This document shows, piece after piece, positions 1 to 8,571 of a stretch of 64,000 nucleotides of DNA. The stretch comes from Steroidobacteraceae bacterium. GTDB lineage: Bacteria; Pseudomonadota; Gammaproteobacteria; Steroidobacterales; Steroidobacteraceae. Positions within the stretch are counted from its first letter, which is position 1. Each line of letters starts with the position of its first letter. The DNA lies in NCBI GenBank assembly GCA_035652555.1, contig DASRDO010000049.1, forward strand, positions 69,379 to 133,378, read 5' to 3'. The notes beneath the pieces were generated by a model that saw only the letters and a list, made by a program, of their open reading frames with translations, made no database searches and was not told the DNA's origin. The position numbers were made by a program, and so were the translations under genes.

Positions 1-728
1 GAGTAGAGCACACCGCCGCCCGCGATGATGAGCGGTGCGCGCGCGGCCCGGAGGCATTCGGCGGCCTGCCGGAGATCCTCGAACGCCGGCGGCGGGCGGC
101 GGATGGACCAGCGCGCCGGCTCCATCATCCGGGCCGGAAACTCCCAGGCCTCGGTCTGCGTGTCCTGACAGAACGCCAGCGTGACCGGCCCGCAGCCGGC
201 AGGATCGAGCAGAGTCGCCATTGCCCGCGGCAGCGCCTCGACCAACTGCTCGGGACGCTGTATGCGGTCGAAGTAACGCGACACGGGCCGGAAGCAGTCG
301 TTGGCGCTCACCGTGCCGTCCGCGAAGTCCTCCACCTGTTGCAGCACCGGATCGGGGCCGCGTCCGGCGAACACATCGCCCGGCAGGAAGAGCACCGGCA
401 ACCGATTGACGTGCGCGACCGCCGCCGCCGTCACCATGTTGAGTGCGCCCGGACCGATCGAGCTGGTACAGAGCATCGCGCGCCGCCGACGTGAAGCCTT
501 CGCGAAGGCGATCGCCGCATGCGCCATGGCCTGCTCGTTGTGCGCGCGCAAGGTCGGCAGCATCGCCCGTGCACCGTGCAGTGCCTCGCCGAGCCCCGCG
601 ACATTGCCGTGCCCGAATATGGCCCACGCCCCCGCGAAGTAGCGCACCGGCGAGTCCCCGTCGTCGATGAGCTGGTTGGCCAGATACCGCACCGCGGCCT
701 GTGCGGCGGTGAGGCGGATCCGCGTCAC
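1..728 (-). CDS. iolD: 3D-(3,5/4)-trihydroxycyclohexane-1,2-dione acylhydrolase (IolD), N-terminal part; the 3' end lies beyond the window edge
   Basis: Not in the ORF track because it runs off the window edge. My minus-strand translation from GTG (complement of 726-728) reads VTRIRLTAAQAAVRYLANQLIDDG...HNEQAMAHAAIAFAK...SIGPGALNMVTAAAVAHVNRLPVLFLPGDVF. This is a thiamine-diphosphate enzyme N-domain typical of IolD. It starts 20 nt downstream of the iolC stop on the same strand. Confidence 0.8.
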   Translation of the reverse strand, partial: MTRIRLTAAQAAVRYLANQLIDDGDSPVRYFAGAWAIFGHGNVAGLGEALHGARAMLPTLRAHNEQAMAHAAIAFAKASRRRRAMLCTSSIGPGALNMVTAAAVAHVNRLPVLFLPGDVFAGRGPDPVLQQVEDFADGTVSANDCFRPVSRYFDRIQRPEQLVEALPRAMATLLDPAGCGPVTLAFCQDTQTEAWEFPARMMEPARWSIRRPPPAFEDLRQAAECLRAARAPLIIAGGGVLY

Positions 729-747
729 GTGTGTGGCTCCTCGGATT

Positions 748-2670
748 TTATGCCGGCGGGTTCGGCCGTGCCCGCCGCCATGCGGCTACGACGGCCCGCA
801 GGTTGGCGGCGAGCGCAGCCACCGTCTCGGCGTCGCCGATCTCGCCGGCGAGCCGCCACCGGGCAGGCTCGGCAAAGATGGTACGCCCTACCGCGAAGCC
901 ACGTACGAGCTCGAAGGGCGCCGCGGCCAGGAAGGCGGCCGCGAGGCTCTCGGCATCGGCGGCCAGGCCCAGGACGAGGACGCCGCGGCACCAGGGGTCG
1001 CGCCGCCGGATCGTATCCTCGATCGCGGCCCATGAAGCCGGCTCCTCGCTGGGCTCGAGCTTCCACCAGTCGGGACGGATGCCGAGATCGTATAGCCGCT
1101 CGAGTACTCTCGCCGTCGTGTCCTGCCCGATCCTGCCGTACGGTGAGGCGATCACTTCGAGCAGCAGCTCGTGGCGCGTCTCCCGGCAGGCGCTCTCGAG
1201 ACACAGCAGCCGCTCCTCCTGCTGCTCCCGCAGAGCCTGCGGATCATCGGGGTGATAGCGAACCAGACATTTGACCACGTGATTCTGCGGCCAGCTGCGC
1301 AGCGTCGAGCCAACATCCGCCACGCCGTCGAAAGCCAGCGGGCGTGAGCCGCTCTGCTCGATCGGCCGTCCAATCCAGTAGGGACGATCGGCGGCCTGCT
1401 CCAGCGCCTGACGTCCGAATCGGCCATCGAGCAGAATGCCGTAGCGCGGATCACCGTGCGCCACGCGGTCGACGGCGTCGAAAGCCAAGGTTTTGAACGC
1501 CTCCAGCGCCGGCTCGCCAGCATCCAGTTCGGCGGCCAGCGTCTCCAGAGGACCACGATGATCGATCGCAAGCACGAGCAGCTCCGCCGGCCTTGGCGCT
1601 CGCGTCGTGGCGCGGTGTACGTGCTCCAGCTCCCTGGAGTCACGCAGTCGCCGCGGCCATTCCCTTTCGAGAAACGCCGAGAGCTCCGGCCAGGTGGGCA
1701 TCGCGGGCGCGCAGCCGTGCCGCGAGACGACGATGGCGCCGCAGGCGTTGCCATACTGGCAACAGGTCTCCACGGATGAGCCGCGGAGCCAGCCCCGCAG
1801 AAAGCCGCTCATGAACGCATCGCCGGCCCCCAGGATGTTGAAAACCTCGACGGCGAACCCCGGGGCCCTGACGCCCGCCTCGAGCCTGGCACCGACCGGC
1901 CCTGGGAATGCCACGCAGCCCGCCGCGCCCAGCTTGCACACCAGCATGGCAGCCGTGCGGGCGCGCACCGCGCGCAGCGCCGCCGGCGTGTCGGTCGATC
2001 CCCCGAGGATGTGAAACTCCTCTTCGGTGCCCACGATCAGGTCGCACAGCGGCGCGATCTCCTGCAGCTGCGCCGTGACCGCGGCACTGACGACGAAACG
2101 GTTCTCGCCAGCCTCCGGCGCGGTCAACCCCCAGAGCACCGGCCGGTAGTCGATATCAAACACGACGCGCCCGCCGGCCGCGCGGGCCAGCTCCGCGGCC
2201 TTGCGGCTTGCCGCGCGCACGCCGGGCTGTGAGAGATGCGTGCCGTTGATCAGCACGGCGGCTGCGCTTGCGATCAGAGATGGATCGACGTCCGCCTCGC
2301 AGAGCGCCATGTCCGCGCAGTTCTCCCTATAGAAGAGGAGGGGGAACCGCCGCTCGTCGCGGATGCCGAGAACGGCGAGAGCCGTGAGTCGCCGGGGATC
2401 GGTGATGACGCCGCGCACCTCGACGCCGCAGCGGACGAGCTCCTCGCGGATGAAACGGCCGAAATGGTCGTCACCGACCCGGGTGAGGAGCCCGGCGTGC
2501 AACCCGAGCCGCGCTGCACCCACGGCCGTGTTCGTGGGGCTGCCCCCCACGTACTTGGCGAAGGACCCCATGTCCTCCAACCGGCCGCCGACCTGCTCGC
2601 CATAGAGGTCCACGGAGGACCGTCCGACCGTGATCAGGTCGAGCGAACGGCCGCCGATCGGTTCCGCCAT
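748..2670 (-). CDS. iolC: bifunctional 5-dehydro-2-deoxygluconokinase / 5-dehydro-2-deoxyphosphogluconate aldolase (IolC kinase domain fused to a DUF2090 aldolase-type domain)
   Basis: 640-aa ORF. The N-terminal half is a PfkB sugar kinase (DLITVGRSSVDLYGEQ..., GAGDAFMSGFL). The C-terminal ~300 aa has the layout of the proteobacterial IolC-DUF2090 fusion. It sits directly upstream of iolD. Confidence 0.85.
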   Translation of the reverse strand: MAEPIGGRSLDLITVGRSSVDLYGEQVGGRLEDMGSFAKYVGGSPTNTAVGAARLGLHAGLLTRVGDDHFGRFIREELVRCGVEVRGVITDPRRLTALAVLGIRDERRFPLLFYRENCADMALCEADVDPSLIASAAAVLINGTHLSQPGVRAASRKAAELARAAGGRVVFDIDYRPVLWGLTAPEAGENRFVVSAAVTAQLQEIAPLCDLIVGTEEEFHILGGSTDTPAALRAVRARTAAMLVCKLGAAGCVAFPGPVGARLEAGVRAPGFAVEVFNILGAGDAFMSGFLRGWLRGSSVETCCQYGNACGAIVVSRHGCAPAMPTWPELSAFLEREWPRRLRDSRELEHVHRATTRAPRPAELLVLAIDHRGPLETLAAELDAGEPALEAFKTLAFDAVDRVAHGDPRYGILLDGRFGRQALEQAADRPYWIGRPIEQSGSRPLAFDGVADVGSTLRSWPQNHVVKCLVRYHPDDPQALREQQEERLLCLESACRETRHELLLEVIASPYGRIGQDTTARVLERLYDLGIRPDWWKLEPSEEPASWAAIEDTIRRRDPWCRGVLVLGLAADAESLAAAFLAAAPFELVRGFAVGRTIFAEPARWRLAGEIGDAETVAALAANLRAVVAAWRRARPNPPA

Positions 2671-2808
2671 GGCTGGTCTCGGTGCTGCGTCTAGCTCTGC
2701 AATTCTTATTCTATTACAGGAACTCGCAGAATTACCATTCCAAGATGGGCGCCTGAACCTGCGGCGCGCTTTGCCGGACTCACTCCTTCAGCGCACTGCG
2801 CTGCAGCC
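2671..2808 (-). promoter_or_regulatory. probable promoter/operator region of the iolC-iolD operon
   Basis: This is the only AT-rich stretch nearby (ctgcaattcttattctattacaggaactcgcagaattaccattcc), immediately upstream of the iolC start. It contains a weak inverted repeat, AATTCT (2701-2706) / AGAATT (2728-2733). No consensus promoter hexamers were identified. Confidence 0.3.
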
Positions 2809-4188
2809 TCAGAGCTGCGCGTGGACCCGCAACGCGACGATGGAGACCGGCCCCCGGTCCCGGTTGTATGCAGGATTCCGCGCCCACTGATAGTCGAGCG
2901 TCAGGTGCAGCGCCGATGCGGCGGCCAGCTCGTAGTATGTCTCCAGGATGTCTTCGTGTCCGGCGTGGGGCAGCCGCCCATCTCCGACGAGGATTCCGAG
3001 TCCGCCGGCCGCCAGATACGCCCGGCGATCTGCCGACAGCGCATTCACGACCGTCGCTGCGCCGACCGTATCCGCCGGACGATGCCAGGAGCCGCCGCGC
3101 ACCGACACACCGATGGAGGCGGTGCGGTCGATGTCGGTGAACTCGTAGGTCTCGACATTGCCCGCCGCATCGCCGAGACGTGCGAACATCCCAACATCGG
3201 AGGTGACCTGTTGCTCGATGTCGAGTGAGACACCGTCGCGCCGGCGATAGTGCCGAACGGGCGCCGGGTCGGGCGCGAGTCCGACGAGCTCCCCGTAGAC
3301 GATGGCATCCTGCAGCAGCGCCATCCGGCCGCGGCTCTCGAACACGGTCAGTGTCAGCTTACCCGGCTGCCCGAGGAGCTCGTGCCGGTGCTCGGCTTCG
3401 AGATCGACCTGGTACTCGTGAAAGGCCGGCTCCAGGCGGGAGCTGTTCGGCATGTCGGAGAGATCGAACACTCCGGCGCGCCAGGTCCACGGGCCCCTGT
3501 ACCACTCGGTAGCACCGCCGACCGAGTAGCCCCAGGCATCGGCGGCATAGTCGAAAGTGCCCGCATCGATCACGGACCAGTTGAGGAAGTCCGCTCGCGG
3601 ATCGTGGGCATAGCGATTGACGTCGAAGATGTCACCGACGCTGAGCTTGCCGATCGTGACCACGAGCCTGTCGGCAGACTGCTGCAGCGCGAACTGGTTG
3701 GGCCCGGCGTCCGCCTTGATCGTGCTGTCGCCCAGAGCGATCGTCTGCCGGAGGAATGCCCGTTGCAGCCGCAAGTAGGGCGCGTTCCGCCCGACCTTGT
3801 AGGCCTCGCCACTCGGGAAGCCGGCAAGTCCGAGGGTATCGTCCAGGCCGAAGCCCTGATCGACTTCCGGGTTGAGCCAGAGTTCCGCGCCGCGCCACAA
3901 ACGCGCGCCCAAGTACAACGTTACATCTGCGGTCTCGCGGCTCATGCCTGGCGAGAGGCTGTTCGGGCCGGCGTAAGGCGCACGGAAGCCGTCCGTCTGC
4001 TGCTCCACGTAGGTTGCCTGCGCGTGGACCGCGAACTGCATCTGCTCACTCTGCGCGCGCGCGCAATTGCACCGCAGACCTGCCAGCAAAAAGGCCGTGG
4101 CGATCGCGGCCGTAAAGCGCTGGACTGCGCAGTGCCGGACCGCGTGACCGCCCTTTGCACGGTAACGGACTCCCTCGCCGAATGTCAT
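2809..4188 (-). CDS. carbohydrate-selective porin, OprB family
   Basis: 459-aa ORF with an N-terminal signal-like segment (AIATAFLLAGLRCNCARAQ). OprB-family blocks follow (FAVHAQATYVEQQTDGFRAPYAGPNSL, WLNPEVDQGFGL, and a C-terminal beta-strand ending ...ALRVHAQL). Confidence 0.8.
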   Translation of the reverse strand: MTFGEGVRYRAKGGHAVRHCAVQRFTAAIATAFLLAGLRCNCARAQSEQMQFAVHAQATYVEQQTDGFRAPYAGPNSLSPGMSRETADVTLYLGARLWRGAELWLNPEVDQGFGLDDTLGLAGFPSGEAYKVGRNAPYLRLQRAFLRQTIALGDSTIKADAGPNQFALQQSADRLVVTIGKLSVGDIFDVNRYAHDPRADFLNWSVIDAGTFDYAADAWGYSVGGATEWYRGPWTWRAGVFDLSDMPNSSRLEPAFHEYQVDLEAEHRHELLGQPGKLTLTVFESRGRMALLQDAIVYGELVGLAPDPAPVRHYRRRDGVSLDIEQQVTSDVGMFARLGDAAGNVETYEFTDIDRTASIGVSVRGGSWHRPADTVGAATVVNALSADRRAYLAAGGLGILVGDGRLPHAGHEDILETYYELAAASALHLTLDYQWARNPAYNRDRGPVSIVALRVHAQL

Positions 4189-4223
4189 GCCGCGGCTCTC
4201 TGGGCAAGTGGATACGAGATGAC

Positions 4224-4245
4224 GGGGCCGCCGATCGGCGGCCCC
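4224..4245. terminator. perfect 22-bp GC-rich palindrome (GGGGCCGCCGATCGGCGGCCCC); possible terminator hairpin after the cupredoxin gene, with no U-tract
   Basis: The sequence equals its own reverse complement. It lies 68 nt downstream of the cupredoxin stop (4313) and upstream of the porin start (4188). No T-run is present on either strand, so an intrinsic-terminator role is uncertain. Confidence 0.3.
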
Positions 4246-4312
4246 GGGGCGCGCACGCCGCTGGCGCGAACCCTACGCTTGCAAGCGAGCCTAGTAAAGA
4301 GCGAGCCGAGCT

Positions 4313-4687
4313 CTAGCGCACCACGATCACGCCGTGCATGTAGGGATGCACCGTGCAGATGTAATGATAGGTCCCCGCATGATGGAACGTGTAGCCGAAT
4401 CGGCTGCCGCTTTCCAGCGCCGGCGAATTGAATGCCTCGGGGCCGTCCGTGCTCTTGATCGTATGGACATCGTCGTCCTTGTTGGTCCAGGTCACCGTGG
4501 CTCCCTGTTTCACCGTCACCGTGCCGGGCTTGAATGAATAGTTGGTGATGGTGACGGCCGGCTTCATTGCGGGCGCCGCCGCTGCCACGACCTTACCGTC
4601 GTGTACCAGCGCGGCGCCCCCGGCCGTTGTAACGCAGAGGGCCGCGAGCGCGGAGAGGGTGCGACGTCGTCGGGAAAAAAGCTTCAT
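4313..4687 (-). CDS. cupredoxin-fold blue copper protein (plastocyanin/amicyanin-like), exported
   Basis: 124 aa. The N-terminus FSRRRRTLSALAAL looks like a Tat/Sec signal. The type-1 Cu ligand pattern is present (H in DDDVHTI plus C-x2-H-x2-M in YICTVHPYMHG). Confidence 0.85.
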   Translation of the reverse strand: MKLFSRRRRTLSALAALCVTTAGGAALVHDGKVVAAAAPAMKPAVTITNYSFKPGTVTVKQGATVTWTNKDDDVHTIKSTDGPEAFNSPALESGSRFGYTFHHAGTYHYICTVHPYMHGVIVVR

Positions 4688-4697
4688 CTATGGATCC

Positions 4698-5624
4698 TCA
4701 TGGAGCAAGAGTCGTATCTGACAGAGATACCCGGTCCGCCACGACTTCGAGCCGCCGAATGCCGAGCAGCGTCTTCAGTCTGTCGGCCGGCACCTTGAGC
4801 GGGCCGGGGCCGGGTCCCACCCCGGGTGCCGGCTGCGGGAAGGCGGTCGAATAGGCGGTGTGATAGGTCATGTTGCCCTCGACCTTCTGAATCACCTGAT
4901 GGATGTGGCCGTTGAGAATGGTCACGGAGCCGAAGCGCCGCAGCGCGGCGAGCGCGGGCGCGGAGTCCTCCGTACCCCAGCCCCACTGCGGGTAGATGGA
5001 CCACATCGGCATGTGGGTGAAGACCACGATGGGCGTGCTGGCGCTACGGTGCCGCAGGTCCTCGTCGAGCCACTTCAGCTGCTCGGGACCGAACCATCCG
5101 AGTCCTGCCGGGGTCAGCTTCACCACGTTGATGAGGCCGACGAAATGCACGCCGTGCGCATCGAAGCTGTACCAGCCACCGCCGTCCTGGCCGCGTCCGA
5201 AGCGTTGGAAGAAGAGCTTGCCGCCATCGCCGATGGTGTCGTGCTCGCCGGGCACGTAAAAGACGTCCCGCTTGACGCCTTGCATGATCGCCCCGGCGGT
5301 GGCGAACTGGTCGGCCGCAGACAGATGACTCACATCGCCGGTATGGATCACGAAGTCCGGCTTCAGCGCTGCCAGCCTGCCGGCGGCCTCGAGCAGGGTG
5401 TCCTGCGCGGACGGATGCGCGCCAGCCTTGAAGCCGATGTGCGAATCGCTGATCTGACCGAAGCTGAACCCGCGGATCTCCCCGGCCTCGGCCCGACTTC
5501 CCAGGCGCAGCGACCGCGGCACCCCGCCGGCGAAGGTCCACAGGACGCCGGCACCGCCCCACAGCAGGTGCTTCATGGCCTCGCGGCGGCCTTTCCCATT
5601 CGACCCGACAACCTTCTTGCTCAT
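4698..5624 (-). CDS. metallophosphoesterase (calcineurin-like), probably Tat-exported
   Basis: This is the C-terminal 308 codons of the 642-aa ORF, with the start taken at MSKKVV (5622-5624). Motifs: GQISDSHIG, HTGDVSH, PGEHD, VFTHMP, NGHIH. There is a GRREAMKHLLWGGAG twin-arginine-like signal. The upstream part of the long ORF overlaps the sigma-factor gene on the opposite strand and was rejected. Confidence 0.8.
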   Translation of the reverse strand: MSKKVVGSNGKGRREAMKHLLWGGAGVLWTFAGGVPRSLRLGSRAEAGEIRGFSFGQISDSHIGFKAGAHPSAQDTLLEAAGRLAALKPDFVIHTGDVSHLSAADQFATAGAIMQGVKRDVFYVPGEHDTIGDGGKLFFQRFGRGQDGGGWYSFDAHGVHFVGLINVVKLTPAGLGWFGPEQLKWLDEDLRHRSASTPIVVFTHMPMWSIYPQWGWGTEDSAPALAALRRFGSVTILNGHIHQVIQKVEGNMTYHTAYSTAFPQPAPGVGPGPGPLKVPADRLKTLLGIRRLEVVADRVSLSDTTLAP

Positions 5625-5683
5625 GCTATTTGACTCCGGAATGTGCCGCCTGCGATGCGGTGAGGCTGCTGACTTGGAGGGAG

Positions 5684-5739
5684 ATTCCGGGGATGGGTCG
5701 GATATTCCCGGTCGCACCTTTAATATTTTTCCGGGAATA
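5684..5739. promoter_or_regulatory. three copies of ATTCC(C/G)GG in the divergent promoter region, including a 9-bp perfect inverted repeat
   Basis: ATTCCGGG lies at 5684-5691. TATTCCCGG (5703-5711) and CCGGGAATA (5731-5739) are exact reverse complements, separated by a 19-nt AT-rich spacer. A consensus TATAAT (5760-5765) sits 6 nt before the sigma-factor ATG (5772). Confidence 0.4.
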
Positions 5740-5771
5740 AATCGCTCCCGGCGCAGATCTATAATGGCTGG

Positions 5772-6308
5772 ATGGGCTCGGATGACGTCTTTGCCGCCGT
5801 GGCGCTGCCGCACCTCGATGCGGCCTTCAATCTCGCTCGCTGGCTCACCGGCAGCCGTGCAGACGCAGAGGACGTGGTCCAGGAGGCCATGGTGCGTGCA
5901 CTGACCTATTTCCCCACTTTTCGCGGCGGCAGCAGCCGCGCGTGGATCCTGCAGATCGTGCGCAATACCGCGTACAAGATGCTCGCAGCGCGCCGCGGCT
6001 TGCATGGCGGTGGCCATACCAGCCTGGAGGAGGCCGGCGGCATCGAGGACATTCCCGACCTGGCCGACGGACCGGAGAGGGCGCTCATCCTGTCGGATGA
6101 TCTGACGCGGATCGATGCACTGATCGAGGGGCTGCCGGCGGAGCTGCGCGAGACGCTGATCCTGCGCGAGCTGGAGGATCTCTCGTACCGGGAGATCTCG
6201 CAGGTGACGGCGGTACCGATCGGTACGGTCATGTCCCGTCTCTGGCGGGCGCGCCGGATGTTGGCGAAGGCCGCTGAGGAAGGAGAGAAGAAAGGAGACA
6301 AGAGATGA
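5772..6308 (+). CDS. ECF-type RNA polymerase sigma-70 family factor
   Basis: 178 aa. Region 2 reads DAEDVVQEAMVRAL and region 4 reads LSYREISQVTAVPIGTVMSRLWRARRML. An ATGA overlap links it to the downstream anti-sigma gene. Confidence 0.9.
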   Translation: MGSDDVFAAVALPHLDAAFNLARWLTGSRADAEDVVQEAMVRALTYFPTFRGGSSRAWILQIVRNTAYKMLAARRGLHGGGHTSLEEAGGIEDIPDLADGPERALILSDDLTRIDALIEGLPAELRETLILRELEDLSYREISQVTAVPIGTVMSRLWRARRMLAKAAEEGEKKGDKR

Positions 6309-7066
6309 GCGCCGAGAATTGCGGCAAGCTCCTGCTCCTCCAGGCCGAGCTCGATGGCGAGCTCGATGCGGCCGCCGCGGCGGCTCTGGCCGAGCACCGC
6401 GCGAGCTGTCCGGTCTGCAGGCGCAATGAGTCGGCCATCCTGGCCGCGCGCCAGGCGTTGCGGCGCGCGACCTATCACCGGGCCGATCCTGAATTCCTGC
6501 GCTCCCTGGCCGGTCGGATCGGCGGTGAGCGCGGCGCGACTGGCCGGCCCTCGCTACGCCGCCGGGTGTCGCCCCCCTGGCGTCGGCTGGCCACCTTCGG
6601 CGCCGGCGCCGCACTCGCGGCGGCAATCATCCTCGCCGTCGTGCCGCTCGGCCGTCAGGATACGATCACGGCACTCGTGGATGATCATGTCAGGGCGCTT
6701 CAGCCCGGGCATCTGTTGGACGTCGTCTCGACGAACCAACATACCGTGAAGCCCTGGTTCGACGGCAAGCTCGATTTCGCGCCGCCCGTCAGGAACCTGG
6801 CGGCCGAGGGATTTCCGCTGCTGGGAGGCCGGCTCGACTACCTCCACGGCAGGAGCGTGGCGGTCCTCGTTTACTCGCGGGGCAAGCACCTGGTCGAGCT
6901 CTTCGTCTGGCCGGCATCCGGCGGCACCAAAGAGCCTGCCAGCGCCGCGCACAAGGGATACAACGTGATCCATTGGACGGCGAATGGCATGTCATTCTCC
7001 GCAGTCTCCGATCTCGAAGCGGCAGGGCTGCAGGAGTTCGTCCGGGACTGGCAGCAGGCGTCCTGA
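6305..7066 (+). CDS. anti-sigma factor (zf-HC2 type, single-pass membrane protein)
   Basis: 253 aa. The N-terminal H-x3-C-x2-C motif is present (HRASCPVCRR). A central TM segment follows (LATFGAGAALAAAIILAVV), then a periplasmic C-domain. It is translationally coupled to the sigma factor. Confidence 0.8.
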   Translation: MSAENCGKLLLLQAELDGELDAAAAAALAEHRASCPVCRRNESAILAARQALRRATYHRADPEFLRSLAGRIGGERGATGRPSLRRRVSPPWRRLATFGAGAALAAAIILAVVPLGRQDTITALVDDHVRALQPGHLLDVVSTNQHTVKPWFDGKLDFAPPVRNLAAEGFPLLGGRLDYLHGRSVAVLVYSRGKHLVELFVWPASGGTKEPASAAHKGYNVIHWTANGMSFSAVSDLEAAGLQEFVRDWQQAS

Positions 7067-7074
7067 GGCCGCCC

Positions 7075-8526
7075 CTACCGGTACTTTTCCGCCAGGGCCG
7101 CCGCCATTTCGGCTCTGCCCGTCGATCGCAGGCGCTCGAGGTAGGCCGGCAACTCTCCGCGCGCGTGATAGGGTCCTCCCTCCAACACCACGTTCTCCAG
7201 CGGATCGCGGCCGCGAGCCGCGTTGCGAATCATCGCGGCCTGCCAATGCGATAGCAGCGTCAGGCCGTGCGCCGCCACATCCGCGCGCTCCGCCGCAACG
7301 TTCCGCTGCTCAAAGGGATCGCTGTCGAGGTCGAACAGCATGACGTCGTCGAAGAGGTGGTAACCGCCGTGCAGCGTGCTGATGAGCATCCACTGGTCGA
7401 AGCGGACACCGCGCTGACAAGTCCACGCGCCCTGAGAGAGGACGAGGTGGTCGCGGCCGACATCGGCCCCCTGCTTCAGGCCCGCGGCGAATGACCGGCC
7501 GTCCCAGCTCTCCGGCACCTTCTCTCCCAGCAGCTCGAGCAAAGTCGCGGTGACATCGATCTGGTAGTGCAGGGCTCGGCGGCGCCCGGCTCCGAGTCCG
7601 GGCCAGCGCAGGATCAGCGGGACGTGTGTCGTATGCTCGTCCGCGGTCTGGTGATCGCAGTAGATGTTGAGCTCACCCAGGGTCTCGCCGTGATCGGCGG
7701 ACACCATGACGGCGGTGTCGCTCTCCACGCCCAGCTCGCCGAGGAGCTCGAGCAGCTTCCCTACGCACCGGTCGGCGGCGAGTACGCCGACATCGTAGCC
7801 ATCGAACATCCTGCGCACCGCCGCCATGTCGACCATCTCCTGCGGCTGCCGCGGGTAGTGTGTGCGGTCGTACTCATTGGGGCTGAAGCCGCGGCCTTCC
7901 TGTGCGCTGTGCGGCCCGCAGCCGGCCCAGTGCCTGGCCCGCACCTCTTCCGTCAGCCAGGCGGGCGCAGGAGAGCCCTCGAACGGCTCCCCGTACGAGG
8001 CCGCCGCGCGATAGGGCGAATGGGGGTCCCACAGATGCACGTGCAGGAACCAGCCATCCTCTTTGCCGCGCCGGCGCAGCCAGTCAGCAGCCACGGTGTA
8101 GACCTCCTCGCCGGTCTCCATTCCGTACTTGCCCACGTTGTGGGCCTCGTCGAAGCCCGCGTGCCAATGGAAGGCGGAATGGCGATGTGCGAAGGAGCTG
8201 ATCGTCACCGTTCGCAGGCCCGCTTGCTTCAGGCGGTTGGGGAAGGAGTCGAGGTGCAGACGGGAAAAGAAACCTCTCTGCGGCCCGTCGATCGCCGGAT
8301 CGGCATCGGTGCCGCCATGGTTGACCACGCCGTTGTGAATGCCGAAGCGGCCGGTGAGGAGCGCAGTGCGGCTCGGGAGGCAGGGGACGTCGGAGGCGTA
8401 GATGCTCTCGAAAACGAGCGCGCGGGCTGCGATGGCATCGATGTTGGGACTGGTCGCACGGTGATAGCCGTAGCAGCCGAGGTGGTCGGCACGCAGGGTG
8501 TCGATGTCGATGTAGAGCAGTCGCAT
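7075..8526 (-). CDS. Cys-type sulfatase (alkaline-phosphatase superfamily) with no signal peptide
   Basis: 483 aa. It begins MRLLYIDIDTLRADHLGCYG and carries the canonical formylglycine motif C-x-P-x-R-x4-TG (DVPCLPSRTALLTGR). It also has HLWDPHSPY and SADHGE blocks. Confidence 0.85.
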   Translation of the reverse strand: MRLLYIDIDTLRADHLGCYGYHRATSPNIDAIAARALVFESIYASDVPCLPSRTALLTGRFGIHNGVVNHGGTDADPAIDGPQRGFFSRLHLDSFPNRLKQAGLRTVTISSFAHRHSAFHWHAGFDEAHNVGKYGMETGEEVYTVAADWLRRRGKEDGWFLHVHLWDPHSPYRAAASYGEPFEGSPAPAWLTEEVRARHWAGCGPHSAQEGRGFSPNEYDRTHYPRQPQEMVDMAAVRRMFDGYDVGVLAADRCVGKLLELLGELGVESDTAVMVSADHGETLGELNIYCDHQTADEHTTHVPLILRWPGLGAGRRRALHYQIDVTATLLELLGEKVPESWDGRSFAAGLKQGADVGRDHLVLSQGAWTCQRGVRFDQWMLISTLHGGYHLFDDVMLFDLDSDPFEQRNVAAERADVAAHGLTLLSHWQAAMIRNAARGRDPLENVVLEGGPYHARGELPAYLERLRSTGRAEMAAALAEKYR

Positions 8527-8571
8527 GGGCTTTGACTCCCCTCGATGCGTTCGGCCGGTATCGCCGCGGCA

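Noticed and set aside
5625-6626. The upstream two-thirds of the 642-aa ORF 4698-6626 (-), which would make a much larger metallophosphoesterase.
   Set aside because: The extension is Arg/Pro-rich nonsense and is antisense to the well-supported ECF sigma and anti-sigma genes. The phosphoesterase domain and a plausible Tat signal begin at the internal Met at 5624. The same logic trims the 5' extensions at 44212-44691 (symporter), 54794-55879 (DUF899), 57062-57724 (small protein), 48123-48416 (BlaI), 16682-16936 (pseudo-HtrA), 20696-20872 (PEBP), 52209-52304 (ParB-like), 15704-15805 (TonB receptor) and 16806-16901 (HtrA).
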